From positions 1 to 55,204 of the forward strand of contig CAZSLZ010000003.1 in assembly GCA_964607865.1 (NCBI GenBank): a stretch of DNA of 55,204 nt. The letters run 5' to 3'. The translations under genes were made by a program, and so were the position numbers. The number at the start of each line of letters is the position of its first letter. The first letter of the stretch is position 1. The notes under the pieces were generated by a model. That model was given only the letters and a program-made list of their open reading frames with translations, had not been told where the DNA came from and did no database searches. Shown here piece after piece: positions 41,268 through 50,072 of the stretch. Origin of the DNA: an uncultured bacterium (GTDB lineage Bacteria; Vulcanimicrobiota; JAJTBE01; CAZSLZ01).

Positions 41268-42392
41268 TTGATGAAAAAAATATTCGTAATTGCTGTAATC
41301 GCCTTGACCATTTTTTCAATAACAAACCTGGCTTACGGGTTTACCCTGAAAGAAGAAGCGCGTTATGATGTTAAAGATTTCATACAATTAATGGGCGATA
41401 AAATCCTCACTCCCCAGAGCTTTAATTTTGCATTTATGAACGGCAATCTCTTTGCCCTGGTAAGGGACAACAGAACCAGAAACCTTGAATGGTATGTAAT
41501 CAATCCCTATTCTAATAAAATTGTTCACAAAGGCAATTGCCCCTTTAAGGTTTTTTACAATTATTCCATCTCCCCCGACAGTAATAATGCCCTGGTTTAT
41601 ACCAAATACCCCACAGCTTTATGGCATCTTGAAACCAATACCGGTAAATGGAAAAAAATATATGAAAATCCTGGTGAGGGAGAAGCAGGTTTTTCAATTA
41701 CCCGGGAAACCAGCCTTATCTATCCCGAGGTTTTCAGGGCTTATTCCTTGATGGATGTATGGGATGAAGAACATTTTATTGTTGATTATTCCATAACTGC
41801 AATCTACCCGGAAAGTGGCCAGTTGACCAGAGCCGCCTCAATCGGCGAGCTCAGGAAAGATGCACTGGGGGTTCTGACGCAGGGAGCCCGGGTACCCAAA
41901 GGAACCAAGATATCTCTGTCTAAAATCAGGATGGCTGGAAATAACGCCCTTGCTTTTTTACTTAGAACCGAATCGGATAAAAAGGAAGACCTGAATCAAA
42001 ACAGCATCTTCACTTTTAAAGCTCCCTCAGACTTGTGCCTGAGTGTAAAATCCCAGAACGGCTTGATTCCCCTGGATTACCGGCCCGAAAACAACAACCT
42101 TCTTTTTGCAGAATCATCGGAAAAAGGAATGATGGTTTATCAACTGAAAGACGGCAAAAAAACTGAGCTTTTTGCCGGCAAAGCCCTGATGGGAAGAATC
42201 TTCGATAATGGAAATATAGGTATTGCCACCATAGATGGCGGAAATATGAATATCTACCTGGGGACTCCAGGAGAAAAGTTTGAAAAAGTTGTTTCCTTCA
42301 ACAAACCTTATGCTGTGGGTTTCACCAATGATGGAACCAAAGCTGTATTTATAGGCATAACTCATGTGATTTGCGCCCGGATTTATAAATAA
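41268..42392 (+). CDS. Secreted hypothetical protein, probable beta-propeller
   Basis: Signal peptide; SISPDSN and GFTNDG blade-like motifs; GGAGG RBS. Confidence 0.72.
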   Translation: MMKKIFVIAVIALTIFSITNLAYGFTLKEEARYDVKDFIQLMGDKILTPQSFNFAFMNGNLFALVRDNRTRNLEWYVINPYSNKIVHKGNCPFKVFYNYSISPDSNNALVYTKYPTALWHLETNTGKWKKIYENPGEGEAGFSITRETSLIYPEVFRAYSLMDVWDEEHFIVDYSITAIYPESGQLTRAASIGELRKDALGVLTQGARVPKGTKISLSKIRMAGNNALAFLLRTESDKKEDLNQNSIFTFKAPSDLCLSVKSQNGLIPLDYRPENNNLLFAESSEKGMMVYQLKDGKKTELFAGKALMGRIFDNGNIGIATIDGGNMNIYLGTPGEKFEKVVSFNKPYAVGFTNDGTKAVFIGITHVICARIYK

Positions 42393-42416
42393 GAATAAAC
42401 ACAAATAGATTTAAAT

Positions 42417-42448
42417 AAAAAAAGTTAACCTTCAGGTTAACTTTTTTT
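42417..42448 (+). terminator. Terminator-like inverted repeat
   Basis: AAAAAAAGTTAACC-TTCA-GGTTAACTTTTTTT. Confidence 0.65.
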
Positions 42449-42596
42449 ATATCAAAGATCCTGTATCATTTTTCCTGTAAAAAAGTATGTAGTGAACTCC
42501 CGGAAAACATCCCCGGAAATTCTGGCAATATGGCTGATTAAAAACAGATAACCAAGTTACAATAGGAAAAATTATAATTTTATTGAAGGGACAAAT

Positions 42597-43949
42597 ATGA
42601 TTAATAAAACCGGTAATAATTACAGCCAGGTTTTTTCCAGCCAGCCTGCCAATAAAAAAACTGTTGACAGGCAGGAGCAGGAAATAAAGGATAATTTCAC
42701 AGTACAGAATTGCGAACAAAGGGACTGGACTGTTTTAATCTATTCGTCGGCAACGGCGGATATAGATCAGGCGGCCATGGATTCCACCATAGAGCTTGAG
42801 AAGGTGGGTTCTGATAAGAACCTTGCTCTGGTGCTTCAGAAGTCCCGGAACCCCATTCAGGGCAGTTGGAAAGGTGTCCGGCGGTATTTCATTACCAGAA
42901 ATAACAATTTACCGGGACAAGAGATCAATTCTGCTGTTTTAAAGGAATTGGGTGACATGGATATGTCCAGGGGAGAAAATCTTGCTGATTTTGTCAAATG
43001 GGGAATGAAAAAATTTCCTGCCCGCCATTATATGCTGGTAATGGGAGGCCATGGGGCAGGTTTTATGGGCGCAGTTACTGATATGAACAGACAGCGCCTC
43101 ATGCCTCTGCCCGAGATGAAGGAAGCCCTGGACAGGGTAAAAGCTGAAACCGGAGAAAAACCGGATATTCTGGCATTCAATTCCTGTTTTATGGCTCAGG
43201 CCGAGGTTTTGACTCAACTCCGGAATAACACCGATTTCATTATTGCCTCTGAAAAGCCCGAATATGAAAAGGGCTTGCCTCTGGCCAGCTTTGCCGGTGA
43301 GTTAAAACAAAAGCTGAAAACTGAAAAAAACTTCGGGGTAAAGAAAACCGCAGATATCCTGGTGGATAAATCAAAAGATACTCCGGAACAAACCCCCGTT
43401 ATATCTTCTGTTGATACCCGTCAGGCCGGGGGCCTTGCCGATGCCGTTCATAAATTGGGCAAAGCTCTTATCAAGTCCCCGGAAAACAGAAAGGTTATAA
43501 TTGATACTATTAAACAGGTTGCCCAGGTTTATGTTTCTGAGAATAAAGACCCGCTGCTCAGTGATTTTCGCGATCTGGGAGATTTTGCCACAAAAATTGT
43601 TTCTTCCACTGAAATTAAAGACAAAAAACTGAAAAAAGCAGCTTCAGCGGTATCGGCAATTATAAACCAGGCTGTAAGCAATAAGGCAGTGGCTGATTTT
43701 TCCCGGTTACCTGAAAAAGAAAAACAGGTTTTAAAAAAGCAGGGAGTTGATGAAGCTGACTATTCAGCTTCATTCAGCGGAGTTTCAATTTATCTGCCAG
43801 CTCAGAACCCAGCATTTTATGGGCCAAAAATCGGAAAACTGATTTCTGATAATTATAAAAATTTGGATTTTGCAAATAAAACCTGTTGGTTCGAGTTTAT
43901 AGAGAAACTTCACAATATTGAATTCAGCCAGGAATATAACCCACAATAA
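42597..43949 (+). CDS. Clostripain family (C11) cysteine peptidase
   Basis: WTVLIY, FVKWGMKKFPARHYMLVMGGHGAG (catalytic His), DILAFNSCFM (catalytic Cys), IASE, RDL.DF, GVSIYLP. Confidence 0.9.
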   Translation: MINKTGNNYSQVFSSQPANKKTVDRQEQEIKDNFTVQNCEQRDWTVLIYSSATADIDQAAMDSTIELEKVGSDKNLALVLQKSRNPIQGSWKGVRRYFITRNNNLPGQEINSAVLKELGDMDMSRGENLADFVKWGMKKFPARHYMLVMGGHGAGFMGAVTDMNRQRLMPLPEMKEALDRVKAETGEKPDILAFNSCFMAQAEVLTQLRNNTDFIIASEKPEYEKGLPLASFAGELKQKLKTEKNFGVKKTADILVDKSKDTPEQTPVISSVDTRQAGGLADAVHKLGKALIKSPENRKVIIDTIKQVAQVYVSENKDPLLSDFRDLGDFATKIVSSTEIKDKKLKKAASAVSAIINQAVSNKAVADFSRLPEKEKQVLKKQGVDEADYSASFSGVSIYLPAQNPAFYGPKIGKLISDNYKNLDFANKTCWFEFIEKLHNIEFSQEYNPQ

Positions 43950-43983
43950 AATCACAATTTTAATAAATTCTGGAGATGAATAA

Positions 43984-45048
43984 TTGAAAAATAAAACACT
44001 AAAAATTCTTTTCTTAATTATATTTTTTTACACTGGCTTCTGTTCTGCAGCAGAGGAATTTCCCCCGGTTACTCCCATGGCTGATATAATTAATATTGTA
44101 AAAGGGTCGGGTTACTTTGACTATCATGAAACTTATTTTGACCCGGCAAAAGCTCTGGAAGAATACAGGGAAAACCTGGGCAAAGCCAATCCAAACCAGA
44201 TTATTACAGAAGAAGATGGAGTTAAAAAGGTTTTTCATTACGAACCTTCAGATGGAATCAAGGAAAATTTAACAAGAATCAATACTTTGATAGAAGAGGG
44301 CAAATTTGATGAGGCTGAGGTTCTGGTAAACAAATCTATTGAATTGGATCCGGAATATTCCAGCTTACATGTATATCTGGGAAGAATTCATCATAGAAAG
44401 GGAGAAGTTGAGAAAGCTCTGAGTTCTTATGAGCAGGCTCTTTCAGTGAACCCTGTAGATATTCTGGCTCTTAACTACAAGGCTGAAGCTCTTATGGAAA
44501 AAGACGGGTTGATAAAAGACAGGGATTCGTTAGTCAGGGCATTGGTTTTGCAGCGAAATTATGAGCTTACCTGGCAGAATTTAAAAAAACTGGGAAAAGA
44601 AATGGGATTTGAAGTTTATGATGAGCCCTTTTTGCCTCTTTATTCGCTGCAAAGAATGGACAATAAAAAAATTCGAATTTATATAGATTTAGACACGGTT
44701 ACCCGGTGGATGCCTTATTCTTTCTGCAAGGCGGTCTGGCAATATTATCCCGGTTATTTTGAAAAGAAGATGGGTGAAAAGGAATACAGGGAAACCCTCC
44801 AGGAAGAATATGAATGTGTGGAAAACATGTTATGGTCTTATAATGCATTCAGGGTGCGGGGAAAATATCCTCGAGATCCCATGTTGGAAAGGATGAAAGA
44901 TATAAAGACCCGGTTTTTTATAAAAGAGTTCATAAAATTTGAAATTATGGCCCCGGAACACCCTGAATTATTAACTTTGATGGATCAAAAGCATATTTTA
45001 GATATGGAAGATTATATAAAAGAATATATTCTGGTGGAAAAAGAATAA
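43984..45048 (+). CDS. Secreted TPR-containing protein
   Basis: Signal peptide; TPR motifs (SIELDP, YLGRI...AL..YEQALSVNP). Confidence 0.82.
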   Translation: MKNKTLKILFLIIFFYTGFCSAAEEFPPVTPMADIINIVKGSGYFDYHETYFDPAKALEEYRENLGKANPNQIITEEDGVKKVFHYEPSDGIKENLTRINTLIEEGKFDEAEVLVNKSIELDPEYSSLHVYLGRIHHRKGEVEKALSSYEQALSVNPVDILALNYKAEALMEKDGLIKDRDSLVRALVLQRNYELTWQNLKKLGKEMGFEVYDEPFLPLYSLQRMDNKKIRIYIDLDTVTRWMPYSFCKAVWQYYPGYFEKKMGEKEYRETLQEEYECVENMLWSYNAFRVRGKYPRDPMLERMKDIKTRFFIKEFIKFEIMAPEHPELLTLMDQKHILDMEDYIKEYILVEKE

Positions 45049-45067
45049 ATTAAAAGGAGAAAAAATT

Positions 45068-45478
45068 ATGAAAAAAATTACTGTTTTGACCTTGGCTCTG
45101 GTTATGTTTCTGGGGATAGCCCTGCCCGCAATGGCTGCAGATACCCCTGAGCAGGTCTATGCTAAAATCAACAAGGCCATTCATGCCCGTGATGTGGATG
45201 AATTGATGAAACATGTTTCAGAAAAATCCAAGCAAGATCTGGAGAAACACAAGGAAGACCTGCCCAAGATGATCAAACTGATTCAGGTGATGACACCTGA
45301 AGAATATGAAATTGTTGATAAACAGATATCTGGAGATACAGCTACATTGAAACTTACAGCTATGATGAATTTCTTTGGAATGGGCGAACCCAAACCCGCT
45401 GAGGGAACAGTAAAAATGGTAAAAGAAGAGGGCCAGTGGAAACTGGATAAGGAAGACTGGAAGCAGAAAGGCGAATAG
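45068..45478 (+). CDS. Secreted NTF2-like protein (DUF4878-like)
   Basis: Signal peptide ending AMA; TPEQV, ISGDTATL, MVKEEGQWKL. Confidence 0.78.
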   Translation: MKKITVLTLALVMFLGIALPAMAADTPEQVYAKINKAIHARDVDELMKHVSEKSKQDLEKHKEDLPKMIKLIQVMTPEEYEIVDKQISGDTATLKLTAMMNFFGMGEPKPAEGTVKMVKEEGQWKLDKEDWKQKGE

Positions 45479-45609
45479 AAAAACCGAGGAATAACAACCC
45501 TGAAATAGACCTTAAGCCGGTTCAAGTCAGGGTTGTTTTTTATGACAAATTTGTTCTGATTCAGGTTGAATAATTTCATTTTTAGTATTAGAATAGTTAA
45601 AGGTGGTGT

Positions 45610-46222
45610 GTGATAAAGAAACTTGCAGTATTTTTGGCGCTTTGCTATGGGTTTTTATTTGCCTGCCCGGTAATGGCATCTTCGAAGGATGCCGCACTAA
45701 CTCATCCATTAAATGAATTCCGTGTTGAACTTGTTAATGAAAAAGGTTGGGATATTTTCCTGGATAGCAAAAACAGAAGGGTAACCCTTCCTCCTGGTAA
45801 CTATCAACTGAATTATACTTATTTAATTAAAAAGGACAGGCAGGGAAATACCTGGCGAAGCCCGGTAATATCGGCAAATTCATTAACCTGGGGGCAGGTG
45901 AAAACCATGTATTGCCATACAGGGAGCCATTTAAAGTTGAACTGGAAGTTACTCCCCAACTGTTTTCGTATAAAATCAAAGATCGTACCAGCCAGGAATT
46001 TATTTATATATATAAAAACGATGATTTAGCCGAGCCATTTCCATTCAGAGTTTATGATTTAAAAGGAAAAGAAATCCTGTCGGGCCGATTCAGTTATGGT
46101 TGAGGCGGGGTTTGCTCTTATTCCGTGAGAGTAAGTGATATTGTTCAGGGGTGCGGGTTGAATTGACCCCGGATATGGGCCCGTTTCTGTATAACAGGAA
46201 ATGCGAGGCAATTATAAAATAA
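45610..46222 (+). other. Secreted protein gene in three segments: candidate selenoprotein (in-frame TGA 46101-46103) with two apparent -1 frameshifts, or pseudogene
   Basis: Signal peptide...LPPGNY...KDRQGNTWRS / GNIGKFINLGAGENHVLPYREPF...ILSGRFSYG-TGA-GGVCSYSVRVSDIVQG / VRVELTPDMGPFLYNRKCEAIIK-TAA. Hairpin at 46110-46136. Confidence 0.62.
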
Positions 46223-46248
46223 AACAGAATTTGTAAAGGTGAAATAAC

Positions 46249-47298
46249 ATGGATACTTTTTTGACCGACGAAGAAAAGGAAAAAAGAAATTTCTTATTGG
46301 TAAAGCTGGAGGAACAACAGGAAAAACAGGAAGAACAACAGGAACAGCAACTTCCCGCTGAAATGCCTGAAGAACAAACAGAAATAAAAAAACAACCCGA
46401 ACCAGTTGTTGTAAATATTGCCCAGATGGCCAGAGATAAGTTTACCAGGGTGGGCGACCTGAAGATAGAGATGGACAGGGATCTTTCCGAGGAAGATTAT
46501 CTTGACTCACCGGTTTTTGAGTTAATTCAGGTCTTCAAAAGATATATTGACCTGCAGGCAACCCAGAAAGAACTGAAAGATTCTTTTGAACAGGGAATGA
46601 ACTTATTGAAAGAGGATGTAAAGAAAATTTCTCTGGAAGCTGAAGAAAAAAAGCCAGTTGAAGAATTCAGGGCCACCAGCCTGAAACTGGCAGATTTTAT
46701 GAAAGATATATACGGAAAATGGGGCTCTGAAGAACTGATGTTTCTGCTTAAATCTAAAAGTGTGGAACTGGAAAAACTCAACAATGATTATTTAAAGCTG
46801 AGGAAAAAATGTAGTAAGCCAGCTTGCAAAAAAAACGGAAACCAGGAAGTCATTGAAGCAATTTGCGAAAAGATAGACGAAGCTGAGTATAAAACCGCAA
46901 CTTACAAGACACTGGAAACCAGAACAGGAGAGTATCTTTCAGGTATGATCGATGAAGATGCATATTACAATACCATTGAAGAGTTATGGGAGATTATGGA
47001 ATCCACCCGGAAATCCTATGAGGGAGTTTATATTTCTTCCCAGCAGATTACCAACGAAATAGCCATGGGCGATAATCTTCTGAGAGAAGGCCTGGAAGGC
47101 TGGCTGGATGCCCTGAATTACATAATTGAAAGTATCCAGCTTATGGATGAAGAGGGAGTTCAACAGGGGCTGCAAATGGCTTTCGAATCAAACAAAAAAC
47201 TGGTTACCCAGCAGCATCTTTCCCGTTATTCCAAAAAACAGGAAGAAATGGTTACCAACTTTCCCGGAAAACAGTTTTTTAAAAACCAGCCTTGGTAA
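46249..47298 (+). CDS. Hypothetical acidic helical protein
   Basis: 349 aa ORF, E/Q-rich N-terminus; its C-terminal domain resembles the repeat in 48278..49948. Confidence 0.75.
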   Translation: MDTFLTDEEKEKRNFLLVKLEEQQEKQEEQQEQQLPAEMPEEQTEIKKQPEPVVVNIAQMARDKFTRVGDLKIEMDRDLSEEDYLDSPVFELIQVFKRYIDLQATQKELKDSFEQGMNLLKEDVKKISLEAEEKKPVEEFRATSLKLADFMKDIYGKWGSEELMFLLKSKSVELEKLNNDYLKLRKKCSKPACKKNGNQEVIEAICEKIDEAEYKTATYKTLETRTGEYLSGMIDEDAYYNTIEELWEIMESTRKSYEGVYISSQQITNEIAMGDNLLREGLEGWLDALNYIIESIQLMDEEGVQQGLQMAFESNKKLVTQQHLSRYSKKQEEMVTNFPGKQFFKNQPW

Positions 47299-47365
47299 AC
47301 CACAGGGTATATCTAAGCTGAATTGCAGGCAATTCAAAGATACCTGGCTGTTTCCTTAGCCGGCA

Positions 47366-47566
47366 AGTAAATGGGCTGGGAACCAACCTCAAATGTCGTC
47401 ATCGCGAGGAGCGCCAGCGATGTGGCGATCTCTGTACTACCCCAATTAAGAATTGGGGAATATATTGTTCGCATCGTAACTGGGGAAAAAAGCGAAAGGT
47501 TCGGTTGCTCACAGACCCAAGGTAAGTGGGTTGGGAACCAACCCGGTCCAAGTTGAGATTGCCACA
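47366..47566 (-). repeat. CGTC-tagged palindromic repeat element, copy F
   Basis: CGTCATCGCGAGGAGCGCCAGCGATGTGGCGATCTCTGTAC...ATATATTGTTCGCAT...GGTAAGTGGG...AACCAACCCGGTCCAAGTTGAGATTGCCAC is the reverse orientation of copies B and E. Confidence 0.88.
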
Positions 47567-47782
47567 GCCCTTCCACCCCATAATAACAGCATCCTCCCAA
47601 TTGTCAGGTTTTCTCCGAATTTGTTTGAAAACAGGCTTTCTTTTTATTGTATTTCCAGGCAGCAATTAAGATTTTAAAATGCAACATATACTTGCGAACA
47701 ATCTACAAACCATAACTTTGGAATAAATTGATAGCTTGTATGTATTAAGTAATAGTATTGAATAACTGAAAGGAGGTAAATC

Positions 47783-48238
47783 ATGAAGCAGAAGGATGCA
47801 GTTTTTAACAGGCTGGTTTTGACATTTTCAATTGTTTTGATTTTTATTTCAATCTTTGGCTGTTTTACAGCTGCCAGGGCTGAAGCCCAGATCATTCCCA
47901 GAATATATGTAAGAAAGACAGACCGAGATCCATTCTTACTGGCCATGACTTCCAGCAAAAACAAACCAGAAACCCCGGAAATTAAAGAAAAGGCAACTCC
48001 TGTAACTTCGGTTGCCATACCCGAAAAAAAAGAAGTGGATTCGGGTTTCAGAATTTCAGGAATTGCGATGACTTCTTCTGGTTATCAGGCCATTATTGCT
48101 GATGGAAAGGGTAAGAATGTTGTAGTTTTAGCCGGAAATAAAATACAGGGATGGACAGTAAGAAGCATTACAAAGAAATATTTGAGATTGGAAAAAGATA
48201 ATTATTACGACATACTTGAGTTGAATCCCGACAAATAA
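47783..48238 (+). CDS. Exported protein, PilP/GspC-like
   Basis: N-terminal hydrophobic segment, RDPF motif, F.ISGI...AII......V..G..IQGW.V.SI; AGGAGG RBS. Confidence 0.65.
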   Translation: MKQKDAVFNRLVLTFSIVLIFISIFGCFTAARAEAQIIPRIYVRKTDRDPFLLAMTSSKNKPETPEIKEKATPVTSVAIPEKKEVDSGFRISGIAMTSSGYQAIIADGKGKNVVVLAGNKIQGWTVRSITKKYLRLEKDNYYDILELNPDK

Positions 48239-48247
48239 GCAGATATT

Positions 48248-48276
48248 AAAAAGACCGGTTTGAAGCCGGTCTTTTG
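48248..48276. terminator. Bidirectional terminator between convergent genes
   Basis: AAAAAGACCGG-TTTGAAG-CCGGTCTTTT. Confidence 0.7.
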
Positions 48277-48277
48277 T

Positions 48278-49948
48278 TTATTCCTTCTTCTGCTTCTCTT
48301 TTTGCTTGAATTCTTCCTGGGCTTTTACCGCAGGCGCGGCCAGGGCCTGAACCTTGTTGAGTTTTTTGTTCCCTTCCCACATTATTCGAACACCTTCGGT
48401 GAGCAAGCTGTTATCTTCCACTTCCAGGTATTCGGCAAACAGATCAAGAGATTCTTCCCAATCGCGGTAAGCTTCTTCGAAAAGTTCCTTTGCCTGAATC
48501 ATATCTGCTTCGAGTTTCTCGGCAATTTCAACTTCGTTTTCCTTCAACTTGGATTTATCCACTTTAGGTATAGCCTTGAAACCATCCTGATTCTCAGCCA
48601 GGATTCCTTCCATCCAGTTGATGGTTTCAGCAAATTCTTCCAATGAAATTTTCCCCTCGGATACATCATTCACGGCCTGGAACATAACCTGTAAATTTTC
48701 TGGGACACCCTGGTCCTGGGGTAAACCCTCAGCTGCCCCACCGCCTTCAGCCAGCCCAAATGTAGATGTGGGGGTATAACCGGCTGCCTTGGGGAGAATG
48801 GTACCGCATTTGACACAGTATCGTTTGTCGGGATCGTTGTAAACACCACATTTGGCACAGGGGGTTTTCCCCTCTCTTTCTGAAAGGTCCTCAAAGAATT
48901 CTCTGCTTTTATCCAGGATATCCATAGCCTGTTTCAATTCCTTGGCCCCTTCCTCAAGGTAGAGCCCTTCATTGCTATCCAGGAAAATATAGAAACTTCG
49001 GATAGCTTCGCTATACAATTCCAGCCCTTCCATGGTTTTTTCAATTTCTTCCTGAACAGAAGCTTTGTCGGGACTTTCTGCAGTGATGGCCTGAAACCTG
49101 CCTGCTATTTCCTGGTAGTCTTCTTCGGTTTCCTTCAGGGTTGTGGTAAACAGCTCAAGGTTCACGCTGCCTTTTTTTATCCCCTCGGCCATGTTTAATA
49201 AAATATTTGCCTGTGGTGAATTGGTGGGCCCGATAGTCATTCGTTTATAACTCACCAATGAGATGAGCTCTCTGATTTTTGGGTAAACAATCTTACATTC
49301 TTCCAGTCCCTTATCCAGCATTTCTTTTTTACCGTCTTTAATAAAATGCCCGATTCTGGTAATTGCTTCCTGAAGTTCGTTGTATGCTTTAATCAGTAAT
49401 TCCTGTTCGGTATATTGATAATGTTTTCTTTCAAATTCCAATTCTTTTTTGGCGCCTTCGGCCATGATAAACTCGTCGGCGGTAACCTTCTTGAGTTTAT
49501 CCAGGGGCGCCCCTTCTTCCACCACTTCTCTTGCTGAATCTATCAGAAGGTTAAGATGGGGTATATCAGTGGGGCCCATAACCATAAGCGCCTGGTTAGT
49601 GAACATTTCAATGGCAAGGTTCATGCCCTCGCTGCAGCGTTTTACCATTTCGCCGGCCTTGATTAGATCAAATTTCTGTTTGGTTTCAAAATAGTCTTCA
49701 ACGGCCTGGAATGCGTTTTCCCAATCGTTGTGAAATTTATATACCAATTGAAGTTCCTTTCCGGCGCCTTCTTTGACTTCCGGTGCCAGCCCGTTAATAC
49801 TGTCTGCAAAATCCTGCTTAATTGCCTCCAGGCTTTCTCTTGAATCTTTGAGGATTTCTTTTAATTCATCATCATCGATTTTTTCATCAATTACATCCAT
49901 AATGGCTTCCAGAAGACGGTATCTGGTTTCATTTTTAGCTTCAGGCAT
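48278..49948 (-). CDS. Hypothetical protein with four helical repeats and an internal zinc ribbon
   Basis: CAKCGVYN...CVKCG; repeat linkers GPTDIPHLNLL and GPTNSPQANIL; GGAGG RBS. Confidence 0.8.
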   Translation of the reverse strand: MPEAKNETRYRLLEAIMDVIDEKIDDDELKEILKDSRESLEAIKQDFADSINGLAPEVKEGAGKELQLVYKFHNDWENAFQAVEDYFETKQKFDLIKAGEMVKRCSEGMNLAIEMFTNQALMVMGPTDIPHLNLLIDSAREVVEEGAPLDKLKKVTADEFIMAEGAKKELEFERKHYQYTEQELLIKAYNELQEAITRIGHFIKDGKKEMLDKGLEECKIVYPKIRELISLVSYKRMTIGPTNSPQANILLNMAEGIKKGSVNLELFTTTLKETEEDYQEIAGRFQAITAESPDKASVQEEIEKTMEGLELYSEAIRSFYIFLDSNEGLYLEEGAKELKQAMDILDKSREFFEDLSEREGKTPCAKCGVYNDPDKRYCVKCGTILPKAAGYTPTSTFGLAEGGGAAEGLPQDQGVPENLQVMFQAVNDVSEGKISLEEFAETINWMEGILAENQDGFKAIPKVDKSKLKENEVEIAEKLEADMIQAKELFEEAYRDWEESLDLFAEYLEVEDNSLLTEGVRIMWEGNKKLNKVQALAAPAVKAQEEFKQKEKQKKE

Positions 49949-50020
49949 TTTGTCCCCCTCCTATTGAAAAATGGACCTGGATATTTTTTTGTCGAAGGAA
50001 TAAAAAATCCTTTTCAAGGT

Positions 50021-50053
50021 AAAAAAAAACGGTGGCAATTTGCCACCGTTTTT
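50021..50053 (-). terminator. Rho-independent terminator
   Basis: AAAAACGGTGGCA-ATT-TGCCACCGTTTTT with A9 on the + strand. Confidence 0.75.
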
Positions 50054-50072
50054 GAATTTCCAGTAATTGCTA

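Noticed and set aside
45828-45834. T_AAA_AAG as a programmed -1 slippery site
   Set aside because: Not a full X_XXY_YYZ heptamer (the P-site would re-pair on TAA), and the zero frame still reads protein-like through KDRQGNTWR.
11884-47566. Dispersed repeats considered as a CRISPR array, integron attC sites or DGR template/variable repeats
   Set aside because: No regular repeat-spacer period; they flank housekeeping genes rather than cassettes; no cas, intI or reverse transcriptase gene; differences between copies are not adenine-specific.
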